NCBI GenBank assembly: GCA_049322615.1
Contig: JBMORX010000009.1
Coordinates: 130,321-194,320, forward strand
Source of the DNA: Patescibacteria group bacterium
GTDB lineage: Bacteria; Patescibacteriota; Microgenomatia; CAYGWK01
Direction: 5' to 3'
Length of the DNA: 64,000 bases
Shown here: positions 37,900 through 47,299 of the stretch, piece by piece
Layout of the letters: each line of letters starts with the position of its first letter
Position numbering within the stretch: the stretch's first letter is position 1
Notes under the pieces: generated by a model
Database searches by the model: none
What the model saw: only the letters and a program-made list of their open reading frames with translations
What the model was told of the DNA's origin: nothing
Program-made: the position numbers and the translations under genes

Positions 37900-38967
37900 T
37901 TACTTTATTTCAATCGTCCCCTCCGGCTTTCTCAAGCGGGCAATGCTTTCAACAATTCCCAAACTTATCATTGTTGCCAAAATTGAGGACCCGCCATAAG
38001 AGACAAGAGGCAAAGTTATCCCCGTTATTGGCAGCATCCCCATGTTCATACCAATATTGACGAAAATTTGAAAAGACAAAAGAGAAAAAATACCAAATAG
38101 GATGAGGGTTCCAAAACTTGAAGATGAGCTTTGAGCAATCTTTAAGATCCGGCAAAGTATTAAAAAATAGCAAAAAACAAGGATAACTGCCCCTAAAAAA
38201 CCAAGTTCTTCTGATAAAGAGGCAAAGATAAAATCCGTGTGGCGCTCTGGTAAAAAGGCAAGATGACTTTGGGTTCCTCTTCCCAATCCCCGACCAAAAA
38301 GCTCCCCCGAGCCAACAGTAATAACCGACTGGATGAGGTGGTAGCCTGAACCTAAAGGATCAAGGTAGGGATTTAAGAAACTTAGAATCCGCGCTTTTTG
38401 ATAACTTTTCAATAAAAACCAACCAATAGGAGAAAAAACACCCAAAACTAAAAGTCCTGCAACAACATAAAGACCAGAAATGTTACTTGCAAGTAAAATC
38501 CCCAAAAAAGAGGCTAAAATGACCAGAGTACTCCCCAGATCCGGTTGTTTAAAAATAAAAATTAAAGGCAAGGATAAAAGAAGAAAGGAGGTGATAAGTC
38601 TAAAGACTGATAGTTTTTCTTCTTTGGCAAAAAAATAGGCAAAAAAGCAAACCAAAAAAGGCTTAACTATCTCTGATGGCTGGATAGTAAAATTTCCAAC
38701 TTGTATCCAACGAATTGAACCGCGGGTCACCTCACCAAACAAAAAGGTTAAGATTAAAAAGACAAAAGTTGCCCCATATAAAAGCCAGGACAAATTTTCA
38801 AAAACCCTAAAATCTATCTTGGCAAAAAGGAAAAAGAAGAAAAATCCAATTATAAGAAAAATGAGTTGTTGGACAAAGAGAGATGGCACCAAACTCCAAG
38901 TCATCGCCAGTCCCAAGATGGCAATAATTATAATTGCCAGAAGAATTGGAAAATCAAAGCCTCTCAA
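37900..38967 (-). CDS. rodA: SEDS-family peptidoglycan glycosyltransferase (RodA/FtsW/SpoVE family; rodA-like by context)
   Basis: 10-TM SEDS pattern, 355 aa, located outside the dcw block. Confidence 0.7.
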   Translation of the reverse strand: MRGFDFPILLAIIIIAILGLAMTWSLVPSLFVQQLIFLIIGFFFFFLFAKIDFRVFENLSWLLYGATFVFLILTFLFGEVTRGSIRWIQVGNFTIQPSEIVKPFLVCFFAYFFAKEEKLSVFRLITSFLLLSLPLIFIFKQPDLGSTLVILASFLGILLASNISGLYVVAGLLVLGVFSPIGWFLLKSYQKARILSFLNPYLDPLGSGYHLIQSVITVGSGELFGRGLGRGTQSHLAFLPERHTDFIFASLSEELGFLGAVILVFCYFLILCRILKIAQSSSSSFGTLILFGIFSLLSFQIFVNIGMNMGMLPITGITLPLVSYGGSSILATMISLGIVESIARLRKPEGTIEIK

Positions 38968-41836
38968 TTTCTAATCTTTCACCTTTCTTTATACTTTTGG
39001 CGAGCGTTTCGCTTTTAATATAGTCTTCAAATTCAGCTGGCCAGGAAGGAGCAGTCACCTCCACTTTTTCATCCAAAGCACAATTTTCTTTTTTACGTAA
39101 CTCCTGAATCTGGCGCACCAATTCTCTCGCTTCTCCCTCTGATCTAAGTTCTGAGGTGATGGTAGTATCTAGCTCTATCCCTAGTTCACCTTTTCCTTTA
39201 ACCCATTCTATTTCTTTAACATTTAACTCATCCATTATCAACTGTTCAAGTTCCCTTTTTTCATTTTTATTTGTAGTTTTTAATTTTTCATTTTTAATTT
39301 TTAATTTCTTTAGCGGCTGTCTCACTTTTACCTTCGCCGATTTCCTTGCCGCATGACCCAATTCACAAATCTTCCGAACCTGCGCCATATGTTTTATAAG
39401 CTGGGCTTGCCCTTCCGAAGCTTTAGCGAAGGAGGGCCAGTTTTCCAAATGAACACTTCCTGTTTTTAAGTTTTGATAAATTTCTTCAGCTAAAAATGGT
39501 GTAAATGGAGCAAGAAGTTTTGAGAGAGTCACCAGAGCCTCATATAAAGTAGCGTAACAGGCGTTTTTGTCTTCACCATCTTCAACCGCGGGTCCAACAC
39601 GGTCTCTGGAGCGCCGAACATACCAGGTCGATAAATCGTTAACAAAGTCTTCAATCGCGTGAGAGGCGGTAAAAGCATCGTAATTCTCAAGCGAATCAGT
39701 TACCACCTGAATTAACTCATTTAATCTCGACAAAATCCACCTATCCAAAACATTTTCAGATTTTTCATTGTCGTTTTTAATTTTTAATTTTTCATTTTTA
39801 ATTTTATCAATATTGGCATACGTCATAAAAAAGTTATAAATATTCCAAAGCATCAGATGAAAACGGCGCCTCGTTTCATCAGCCACATGGTAACCAAAAT
39901 TAAGATTTATTTCCGGATTTTGGGTGACATACATCCAGCGCATCACGTCAACCCCAATTTTGCCTGCTCCCTCGTTAAATTCAATGGCATTCCCCAAGGA
40001 TTTATGCATCGGTCGGCCATCTTCCGCCAAAAGAGTGGCAAAACCCAAAACCGTTTTAAAAGGAGGTTTGTCTTCCAAAATTGTTGCCATCGCCAAAAGT
40101 GAATAAAACCAATTTTTAAATTGCCCAGGAAATGATTCGGTAATAAAATCAGCCGGAAACCAATCTTTGGGCATGGTTGAAAAAGAAACAATCCCGGCGT
40201 CAAGCCAAGGATTACCCACATCTGGAATTCGCGAAATAGTTTCCCCGCAAGAACATTTAATCTTTACCTCATCAATCCAAGGACGATGGGGAGAATGTTC
40301 CGCAAATCCCTCATATCCTTCAACTGCCCGCTGCTTTAATTCCTCTTTCCCTCCTAAAATAGTAAATTTTCCACATTTTTGACATTCCCAAATCGGCAAA
40401 GCCAAACCCCAATATCTTTTTTTGGAAATCAGCCAGTCTTGCATATTGGAAAGCCAATCAAGTTCCCGCTCAAGTCCCCATTTTGGAAGCCAGCAAATTT
40501 TTTTCGCCACCTCAATCATTCGGTTCCGATAATTCTTGGCTCCCGGATGAACTTTTGCATCCATAGCAATATACCACTCATCAACTACCCGCCAGACGAG
40601 TTCGGTTTTGCAGCGCCAACAAACAGGATAACGATGAGTATAGTCTTCTAGTTTAAAGAAGAATTTGCCTTCTTCTTTGTTTTTAAGTTTTTCAAAAATT
40701 AAATCAGGTTTTTCTTTGGCATTTGCCCGCGATAAGTCATCTAAACCATCGAGGTAGGCTCCCTCCTCGTCAATTAAAGCAACTACCGGTAAGTTTTCTC
40801 TTTTGCCAATTTGAAAATCCTCTTGCCCGGCGCCGGGAGCGAGATGAACAATTCCCGTCCCTTCAGCGGCGGTGACCAGGTCTTTATCCAAGACTACGGT
40901 ATGGAAAGTTTTGGGGTTTTCTTTCCTGGCAACTTCAACCACTGGTAAATCATCAAATGGACCAAGGTATTGAAAACCAGAAAGTTTTGTTCCGGGAAAT
41001 TCTCCAACCTTCTCCCACTCTTTGTCTTTTAAGATTTTTCCCGCCAAATCCTTCAAAAAAATCAGAATTTCTCCGGTTTTTTTGTTTTTAAATTTGGCAT
41101 AAAGAAAATCTGGATTAACGGTCAAAGCCACATTTCCAGGAATTGTCCAGGGGGTAGTTGTCCAAACTAGAAGAAATTCATTCTTCCTATTTTGAATAGG
41201 ATACTTTACAAAAACTGATTTGTGAGTAATTTCTTGATATTCTTCAGTTAAAATCTCATGTTGAGAAATGGCTGTCCCACAACGAGGACACCAGGGAACC
41301 GAATCTTTTCCTTTATAAAGATTTCCATCAGTCCAGCATTTTTTCAAGAAATACCAAATCATATAGTTATTCTCATCAGAGAGGGTGTAATAAGAATTGT
41401 CCCAATCCATAAAATAACCAAGTCTTTTTGATTGTTCAGTTTGGACTTTGGCAAAATAAAGAGTTCTTTCTTTACATTTATTGACAAATTTTTCAATTCC
41501 GTATTTTTCGATATCTTTTTTAGACTTAAAACCTAATTCTTTCTCAACCTCAACCTCGACCCAAAGCCCTTGATTATCGAAACCGTTCTGAAATCTTTGT
41601 CTGAAGCCTCGCATGTTAAAAAATCGCTGCCATAAATCCTTGTAGGTTCTTCCCCAGGCATGATGAACCCCCATCGGGTTATTAGCCGTAATCGGACCAT
41701 CAAGAAAAGAAAAGTTCTTCTTTGAAGAATCGTTTTTGTGAAGATATTTCTTAACAATCTCTGCTTTATACCACCATTCCAAAATCCGTCGCTCCATTTC
41801 CGGAAAATCTTCTTTTGGATTTACGGTTTTAAACAT
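38954..41836 (-). CDS. ileS: isoleucyl-tRNA synthetase
   Basis: 960 aa, class I aaRS with an editing domain. Carries two in-frame AT-rich repeat insertions (KLKIKNEKLKTTNKNEK; KIKNEKLKIKNDNEK). Confidence 0.95.
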   Translation of the reverse strand: MFKTVNPKEDFPEMERRILEWWYKAEIVKKYLHKNDSSKKNFSFLDGPITANNPMGVHHAWGRTYKDLWQRFFNMRGFRQRFQNGFDNQGLWVEVEVEKELGFKSKKDIEKYGIEKFVNKCKERTLYFAKVQTEQSKRLGYFMDWDNSYYTLSDENNYMIWYFLKKCWTDGNLYKGKDSVPWCPRCGTAISQHEILTEEYQEITHKSVFVKYPIQNRKNEFLLVWTTTPWTIPGNVALTVNPDFLYAKFKNKKTGEILIFLKDLAGKILKDKEWEKVGEFPGTKLSGFQYLGPFDDLPVVEVARKENPKTFHTVVLDKDLVTAAEGTGIVHLAPGAGQEDFQIGKRENLPVVALIDEEGAYLDGLDDLSRANAKEKPDLIFEKLKNKEEGKFFFKLEDYTHRYPVCWRCKTELVWRVVDEWYIAMDAKVHPGAKNYRNRMIEVAKKICWLPKWGLERELDWLSNMQDWLISKKRYWGLALPIWECQKCGKFTILGGKEELKQRAVEGYEGFAEHSPHRPWIDEVKIKCSCGETISRIPDVGNPWLDAGIVSFSTMPKDWFPADFITESFPGQFKNWFYSLLAMATILEDKPPFKTVLGFATLLAEDGRPMHKSLGNAIEFNEGAGKIGVDVMRWMYVTQNPEINLNFGYHVADETRRRFHLMLWNIYNFFMTYANIDKIKNEKLKIKNDNEKSENVLDRWILSRLNELIQVVTDSLENYDAFTASHAIEDFVNDLSTWYVRRSRDRVGPAVEDGEDKNACYATLYEALVTLSKLLAPFTPFLAEEIYQNLKTGSVHLENWPSFAKASEGQAQLIKHMAQVRKICELGHAARKSAKVKVRQPLKKLKIKNEKLKTTNKNEKRELEQLIMDELNVKEIEWVKGKGELGIELDTTITSELRSEGEARELVRQIQELRKKENCALDEKVEVTAPSWPAEFEDYIKSETLAKSIKKGERLEIERL

Positions 41837-41910
41837 ATTCGGCTCTCACCTCGGACGGTGGCAGACTGACCCCGCTTAGCGGGGGAAGCCATGACTCCTC
41901 CGAGGTGAAT
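41837..41910 (-). promoter_or_regulatory. GC-rich structured ileS leader with a Shine-Dalgarno-sequestering hairpin
   Basis: Minus-strand RNA CACCUCGGA...[CCCCGC-UAA-GCGGGG]...UCCGAGGUG-AGAGCCGAAU-AUG. The 9-bp stem pairs the SD GAGGUG with an upstream CACCUC. Confidence 0.35.
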
Positions 41911-42018
41911 GTTCTTGTTCTATTCTACTAAAAATCGCCCTCTTTTAAAAGGACGACTCATTAAGCCGATGTTTCTCAACAATCGGCTACTATTTAATAA
42001 TAATCTGAATTTCGGTCT

Positions 42019-42285
42019 CTAGGACCTTGGGAACTTTAAGGTCAGGCGCCTGGTAAGTCCTGAAGGCTTGATTCCTAATCCCTCCGCTAGCTTCTCCAGA
42101 ACCTCCGCCGCCTCGGCAGAAGGCACCAGGCCTCTCTCCAAGAAAAGCAGGAAGTGGGGACTTAACTCGGTGCTCTGTGCCAAAGTTTCAAGACTGATCT
42201 CGCGCTGCCGCCGGACGTTCCTCACGTATCGTCCAAAGCGCAACAGCCGCTTCACTTCCTCTCGACTGGCCCCCCTTCGTCCCAT
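42019..42285 (-). CDS. XRE-family HTH transcriptional regulator
   Basis: ISLETLAQSTELSPHFLLFLERG is an HTH_3-like helix-turn-helix. The region 42019..42380 is GC-rich (~57%). Confidence 0.5.
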   Translation of the reverse strand: MGRRGASREEVKRLLRFGRYVRNVRRQREISLETLAQSTELSPHFLLFLERGLVPSAEAAEVLEKLAEGLGIKPSGLTRRLTLKFPRS

Positions 42286-42436
42286 TTTCTACCTATTTGG
42301 GCGATTCGTCGTGCCCCTTCTTCAACGAGCTCAGGGGTAGGGCCTTCCCCTGGAGAGACCACCTCGGTGTCCTCTTTTCTTGCCATATTTATATATTCAT
42401 AGTTTACCACAAGATAAATTATATGCAAGAGCCCTA

Positions 42437-43182
42437 TTCGATTACACCCCAGGGGTGTTTTGCTATTTACACCTGCGGATTATTGTGATTTAATTAAATT
42501 GTGCCAGTAAGAAACATCCCTTTTGTAAACGGCGAATATTACCATGTCTTGAATCGGGGCGTTGCTCAAATACCAATCTTCGGCGGTGCCACATATTTCC
42601 ATCGATTTCTGAAATCGATGCTTTATTACCGACTCGAGGGCCCTAAACCAAGATTTTCTCTTTTCGCACCAACCACGCGTCTTTTAAATCAAGAAAAAAG
42701 AATCGTAGATATAATCTGTTACTGCTTAATGCCAAATCATTTTCATTTTCTTCTCTGCCAAAGACGCCAGGGGGGAATAACCGAATTCATCAGCAAATTA
42801 AGCAATAGTTATACAAAGTATTTTAACATTAGAAACAGAAGAATTGGACCGCTTTTCCAAGGAGAATTTAAGGCTGTTCACATAGAATCCAATGAGCAAC
42901 TTATTCATCTTTCTCGGTATATTCATCTCAATCCTTTGGTTGGCTATTTAACTGATAAATTGGAAACGTATAAATGGTCTTCCTATTCTGAATTTATAAA
43001 CCAAGGCGGCAGCAATATCTGTTCAAAGGAGATTATTCTCAACCAATTTAAATCTCCAGGCAATTATATGACATTTGTTTTAGATCAGGAAGACTACGGC
43101 AAGCAATTGGAATTAATAAAACATCAACTTATAGATTTCGAACATCCGCAGGTGCAATCGTACTACACCCCTGGGGTGTAAA
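42437..43182 (+). mobile_element. IS200/IS605-family Y1 (HuH) transposase unit of REP-associated (RAYT) type, bracketed by REP-like palindromes
   Basis: Left flank: ACACCCCAGGGGTGT-(11 bp)-ACACCTGCGG. Right flank: CCGCAGGTG-(10 bp)-ACACCCCTGGGGTGT. The two flanks are inverted copies of each other. Confidence 0.65.
42501..43181 (+). CDS. tnpA: Y1 HuH transposase (IS200-like TnpA / RAYT)
   Basis: GEYYHVLNRG, the HuH motif MPNHFHFLL and the catalytic-Tyr region SRYIHLNP. GTG start. Confidence 0.7.
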   Translation: MPVRNIPFVNGEYYHVLNRGVAQIPIFGGATYFHRFLKSMLYYRLEGPKPRFSLFAPTTRLLNQEKRIVDIICYCLMPNHFHFLLCQRRQGGITEFISKLSNSYTKYFNIRNRRIGPLFQGEFKAVHIESNEQLIHLSRYIHLNPLVGYLTDKLETYKWSSYSEFINQGGSNICSKEIILNQFKSPGNYMTFVLDQEDYGKQLELIKHQLIDFEHPQVQSYYTPGV

Positions 43183-43188
43183 CCTAGA

Positions 43189-44334
43189 TTATCTTCCCTG
43201 TCTTAAGAAAGCGGGGATTTCGAATTGTTCACCTAATTCTTCGGGAGGAATTTCTGCCTCCGGTGGGGACAGTTCCTCGGGAGGTTTCTCCTTTTTCTCT
43301 TCTTCGACAGGTGGCGGTACTTCCTCTTTAGGAGGCGGGGTTATTGTTGGCGCCATAAACCGCGCCAGGCGAGCCCGAGCTTCATCAAAACCAGTAGCAA
43401 TAACCGTAATTTTAATTTGGTCGATTAATTTTTCATCAATAGTCGCCCCAAAAATAATATTGGCATCAGCATCGGCTTTCTCGGAAATTATCTTGGCCGC
43501 CTCATCAACCTCGTTCATCGTCAAATCCGGACCGCCGGTAATAGTGAAAAGAATCCCCTTGGCTCCGTCAATTGAAATTTCAAGCAAAGGTGAGGAGATC
43601 GCCCCTCTTGCCGCTGCCTGGGCTCGGTTTTCGCCAACCCCAGTCCCAATTCCCATAAAAGCACTCCCGGCATTTTTCATAATGGTTTTAATATCGGCAA
43701 AATCTCGATTAATCAGTCCCGGGAGGGTAATAATATCAGAAATCCCCTGAACTCCTTGGCCCAAAACGCTATCAGCCACCCGAAAAGCCTCAAGAAGAGT
43801 CATCTTTTTATCAATTGAGTCAAGGAGTTTTTGATTTGGGATAACAATTAAAGCATCAACTTTACCCTCGAGGTTTTCAATCCCCTCCTCGGCAATAACC
43901 ATTCTTCGCGTTCCTTCAAAAGCAAAAGGCTTGGTTACCACTGCCACCGTTAAGGCATTTTGCTCCCGGGCAATCTCAGCGATAATCGGGGCTCCACCAG
44001 TACAAGTTCCTCCTCCCATCCCTCCGGTCAAAAATATCATATCAGTATCAACTAAAAGTTGGGCGATTTTTTCCCGAGATTCCTCAGCCGCCTGGCGACC
44101 TAAATCTGGATCACCACCCACCCCCAAACCCCGAGTTAAATTTTCTCCAATTTGAAGTTTTGTCGGAGCAAGAGTCGAAAGTAAAGCTTGGGCATCGGTA
44201 TTGACGGCAATAAAATCCACCCCCTGGATTTGATTTTCGGAAATCATGGTGTTTAGGGCATTCCCGCCACCGCCACCAATTCCCAAAACTTTTATTTTGG
44301 CAAATCTTCCAACGTCTGGTTTAACGAGTGCCAT
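43189..44334 (-). CDS. ftsZ: cell division GTPase FtsZ
   Basis: Tubulin signature GGGTGTG; the T7 loop is present. Pro/Glu-rich C-terminal tail. Confidence 0.95.
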   Translation of the reverse strand: MALVKPDVGRFAKIKVLGIGGGGGNALNTMISENQIQGVDFIAVNTDAQALLSTLAPTKLQIGENLTRGLGVGGDPDLGRQAAEESREKIAQLLVDTDMIFLTGGMGGGTCTGGAPIIAEIAREQNALTVAVVTKPFAFEGTRRMVIAEEGIENLEGKVDALIVIPNQKLLDSIDKKMTLLEAFRVADSVLGQGVQGISDIITLPGLINRDFADIKTIMKNAGSAFMGIGTGVGENRAQAAARGAISSPLLEISIDGAKGILFTITGGPDLTMNEVDEAAKIISEKADADANIIFGATIDEKLIDQIKITVIATGFDEARARLARFMAPTITPPPKEEVPPPVEEEKKEKPPEELSPPEAEIPPEELGEQFEIPAFLRQGR

Positions 44335-44388
44335 ACAATTTTCTTGGAGCAGGTCAAGAAGTGAGAAAATTATATCACAAAAAAATAT

Positions 44389-45690
44389 CTAGGGCAAAAA
44401 GGATTTAATAAAATCTAAAGTCCTTCGGTACAGTCCGCCCATGGGAATTTTTTTAGCGATTTTTGAGATTCCTCCTAGGGAAATTCTTCCTGCTTCTATC
44501 TCTTGGGTTTTAGCACCATAAAGAATAAGTCCTAAAGAGGAAGCAAAAGCTGGAGTTAAAACATCGTCAACCAGCCCAGAAACCCCGGTAGGAATCCCCA
44601 CCCTTACTGGCATAGAGAGCGTCCTTTTGGCTGATTCAGTCACCCCGACGGTTTGAGCTCCACCTCCAGTCAAAACTACCCCCGAAGGAGTCATTCCTCC
44701 AAATCCAGACTTTTTCACCTCGAGTCCAACCATGGTAAAAATCTCATTTAATCTTGGCTTTATTATTCCCTCAACTAAAGTCTTTCGAGAAACAGTTTTC
44801 GTCTCTTCATAAATCCCCAAAGCAGAAAGATCAATTTCATCTAGAGGCTGGTTTTCTTCCTTTTCCACTTCTTCACCTTGGGGACGAACAATTTCTTTTG
44901 GTTTTTCTGAAAGAGAAAGTTTTAATTTTTCGGCTGTTTCCAAAGAAAGCCTAAGCCCAATGGCTAAATCGTTGGTCACATTTTTTGCCCCAATTGGTAA
45001 AACAGAGGTGTAGGCAGGGGCTCCCTCAACAAAAATAACAATCTCGGTTGTCCCTCCCCCAATATCAACCAAAATGACTCCGAGTTCTTTTTCGGTTTCG
45101 GTCAAGACAGATTCTGAGGCAGCCACCCCGCCAAAAACCATTCCCTCAATATCTGCCCCAACTTCAGAAACACATTTGGCTAAATTTCTCATCGCTGTTG
45201 AAGACCCAGTAATAATATGAGTTTCCACCTCTAAACGAACTCCGGTCATACCAACTGGGTCCTTAACCCCATCCTGGGAATCAACGGTGAAAAACCGAGG
45301 AAGACAATGAAGAATCTCCCGAGAAGAAGGAAGGGAAATCGCTCTGGCTGCCTCAATTACTCGTTTGACATCCTCTGGGGTAATCTCTCCTTCCGGTTCA
45401 GCCACGGCCACTACCCCTTTTGAATTTTGAGAGGCAATATGGGCACCGCCAACGGAAACGAAGGTTTTTGAAAGAGAATATCCTGCCATTCTTTCCGCCG
45501 CCTCAACTGAAGAGATAATCCCACTGGTGGCTTCCTCGATGTTAACAATTTGTCCTTTGCGCACTCCAATTGAAGGAACATAAGCTGCCCCGATAATGTT
45601 TACTTTTTCTTCCTCAGGGTTAATTTGAGCAATGATGGTGGCAAATTTCGAACTGCCAACATCAATTCCGGCTAAAATCCGAGATGCCAT
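44389..45690 (-). CDS. ftsA: cell division protein FtsA
   Basis: Actin-like ATPase fold with motifs GIDVGSSK and DIGGGTTE. Confidence 0.9.
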   Translation of the reverse strand: MASRILAGIDVGSSKFATIIAQINPEEEKVNIIGAAYVPSIGVRKGQIVNIEEATSGIISSVEAAERMAGYSLSKTFVSVGGAHIASQNSKGVVAVAEPEGEITPEDVKRVIEAARAISLPSSREILHCLPRFFTVDSQDGVKDPVGMTGVRLEVETHIITGSSTAMRNLAKCVSEVGADIEGMVFGGVAASESVLTETEKELGVILVDIGGGTTEIVIFVEGAPAYTSVLPIGAKNVTNDLAIGLRLSLETAEKLKLSLSEKPKEIVRPQGEEVEKEENQPLDEIDLSALGIYEETKTVSRKTLVEGIIKPRLNEIFTMVGLEVKKSGFGGMTPSGVVLTGGGAQTVGVTESAKRTLSMPVRVGIPTGVSGLVDDVLTPAFASSLGLILYGAKTQEIEAGRISLGGISKIAKKIPMGGLYRRTLDFIKSFLP

Positions 45691-45695
45691 ACCTT

Positions 45696-46154
45696 TTAAT
45701 ATATTAATACCGGTTTATCGAATCGCAAATCGATCTCAAGCGGTATTTTTCCCTCTATTTTAGACCTTCCAAGGATAAGTTGTAAAGAGGCAACCTGGCC
45801 GCTTAAATCCTTTTCTCTGGAGAAAAAAACTTTTAGATTACCCGAAAGCGTTGCTTCAAAGGATTTATCCAGAGATTTAATCATTTCAACTTTTACCCCT
45901 GACATCTCCAGGAGATTTTTCAATTTTTCTTCCTCGGTTGGGGGAGAAACAGGACTGGCTATTTTCTCTTTTTTTGGTAGTTGAAAGTCAAAACCTAAAT
46001 TTATTTTCCTAAGTTGGACAAAAATAAGCAAAGCTTGTTGCTTCGCAATAAGCAAAGCTTGTTGCTTCGCAATAAATCCCAACAATAAAAACAGAATCAA
46101 AACGATGGGGATGACTAATTTTCTATTAGGGTTTTTTGGGCTTTGAGAGATCAT
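45696..46154 (-). CDS. FtsQ/DivIB-like small division protein (N-terminal TM), with a 24-bp tandem duplication
   Basis: Position between murG and ftsA, TM anchor, 152 aa. The duplicated CAAAGCTTGTTGCTTCGCAATAAG encodes LLIAKQQALLIAKQQA. Confidence 0.4.
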   Translation of the reverse strand: MISQSPKNPNRKLVIPIVLILFLLLGFIAKQQALLIAKQQALLIFVQLRKINLGFDFQLPKKEKIASPVSPPTEEEKLKNLLEMSGVKVEMIKSLDKSFEATLSGNLKVFFSREKDLSGQVASLQLILGRSKIEGKIPLEIDLRFDKPVLIY

Positions 46155-47223
46155 TTAATTCTTTGACTATTTTTAGGCTACTGTCTGGTTTAATAAGTTT
46201 TTTTGCTTCTGGGGCATTTCTCTGATACTTTTCAAGATTGGCCATCATTTCTGAAATCTTATTTAATAAACTTGGTCCAGTCAATTCTTTCTGAGGCAGG
46301 ATTTCGGCAATTCCCGCCTTAACCAACATTTGGGCATTTTTGGTTTGTTCATCTTGATAGCTCCAGGGAATAGGAATAAAAAGCGCTGGTTTTCCTAAGG
46401 CGGCAATCTCGCAGACGATATTTGCCCCAGCCCGAGAGACAATTAAATCAGCTTTGTTTAAAACCCAACCGATATCCTCTAGACCAACATACTTAGTCAG
46501 AATATAGTTTTCTCTTAAATCCAATTTTAAATTCTCATAATCCAACTCACCACACTGATGTATGATAGTATATTTTCCCAGGAGTTTTGGTAAAATCTCT
46601 AAAACTGCCCTATTGATTACTTTCGCGCCTTGGTTTCCACCGGTGATGTAGATAAGTGGGAAGGGCGAAGGGCGAAGTGGGAAGTGGGAAGGTTTCCTAA
46701 TCTTAAAAATCTCCTGGCGGATTGGGTTACCGGTTAAAATCACTTTTTCTTTTGGAAAAAATTTTAAACTTTCCGGAAAAGAGACGGCAATTTTTGAGGC
46801 AAAAAAGGAATTTATCTTTGAGGCTAGACCAAAAACGGTTGTTTGTTCATGGGTTAAAATAGGAATCCTCAAAAGCCAACCAGCTAAAACAACCGGAACA
46901 GAAACATAACCACCAAAAGAACAAATAACCAAAGGTCTTATCTTTAAAAGCCAGTAAAGGCTTTGAAAAAAACCCAGGGGAACTCGCAACAAGGAAGGTA
47001 TCGTAAAACGGGTAAATTTACGCTGCAGTCTCCCAGCCGCAATTGGAATAAATTTAATCCCAAGGAGAGGAATAATTTTAGACTCAGCCGAGGGAACTCT
47101 CTTCCCCTCCATTGCATATTTTCTGCCAAAATAGTAAATCTGCCATCGATCTTCTTTTTTTAACTCCTCAATTACCGCTTGGGCCGGCGTCAAATGTCCC
47201 CCGCAAATCACAATTCTTTTCAT
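46126..47223 (-). CDS. murG: UDP-GlcNAc:lipid I transferase MurG
   Basis: GT28 fold with the ITGGNQGAK (GGSQGA) motif. Contains an in-frame GGGAAGT-family repeat insertion (PSHFPLRPSPFPL). Confidence 0.9.
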   Translation of the reverse strand: MKRIVICGGHLTPAQAVIEELKKEDRWQIYYFGRKYAMEGKRVPSAESKIIPLLGIKFIPIAAGRLQRKFTRFTIPSLLRVPLGFFQSLYWLLKIRPLVICSFGGYVSVPVVLAGWLLRIPILTHEQTTVFGLASKINSFFASKIAVSFPESLKFFPKEKVILTGNPIRQEIFKIRKPSHFPLRPSPFPLIYITGGNQGAKVINRAVLEILPKLLGKYTIIHQCGELDYENLKLDLRENYILTKYVGLEDIGWVLNKADLIVSRAGANIVCEIAALGKPALFIPIPWSYQDEQTKNAQMLVKAGIAEILPQKELTGPSLLNKISEMMANLEKYQRNAPEAKKLIKPDSSLKIVKELNDLSKPKKP

Positions 47224-47254
47224 TTCTTTTTTATTATTTATTATACCAAATACA

Positions 47255-47295
47255 TTCCTTTACACCCCGGGGGTGTAACTCTACCTACACCTGGG
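47255..47295. repeat. solo REP doublet (ACACCCCGGGGGTGT ... ACACCTGGGG) between murG and ftsW
   Basis: Same palindrome family as the RAYT flanks at 42444 and 43166. Confidence 0.6.
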
Positions 47296-47299
47296 GTAT

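Noticed and set aside
39225-39815. CRISPR array suggested by repeated TTTTTAATTTTT units
   Set aside because: The repeats are short, irregular and intragenic, with no unique spacers. No cas genes are in the window.
41837-42010. T-box riboswitch upstream of ileS
   Set aside because: No AGGGUGGNACCGCG T-box sequence and no specifier-loop architecture could be found. Kept only as a generic SD-sequestering hairpin.
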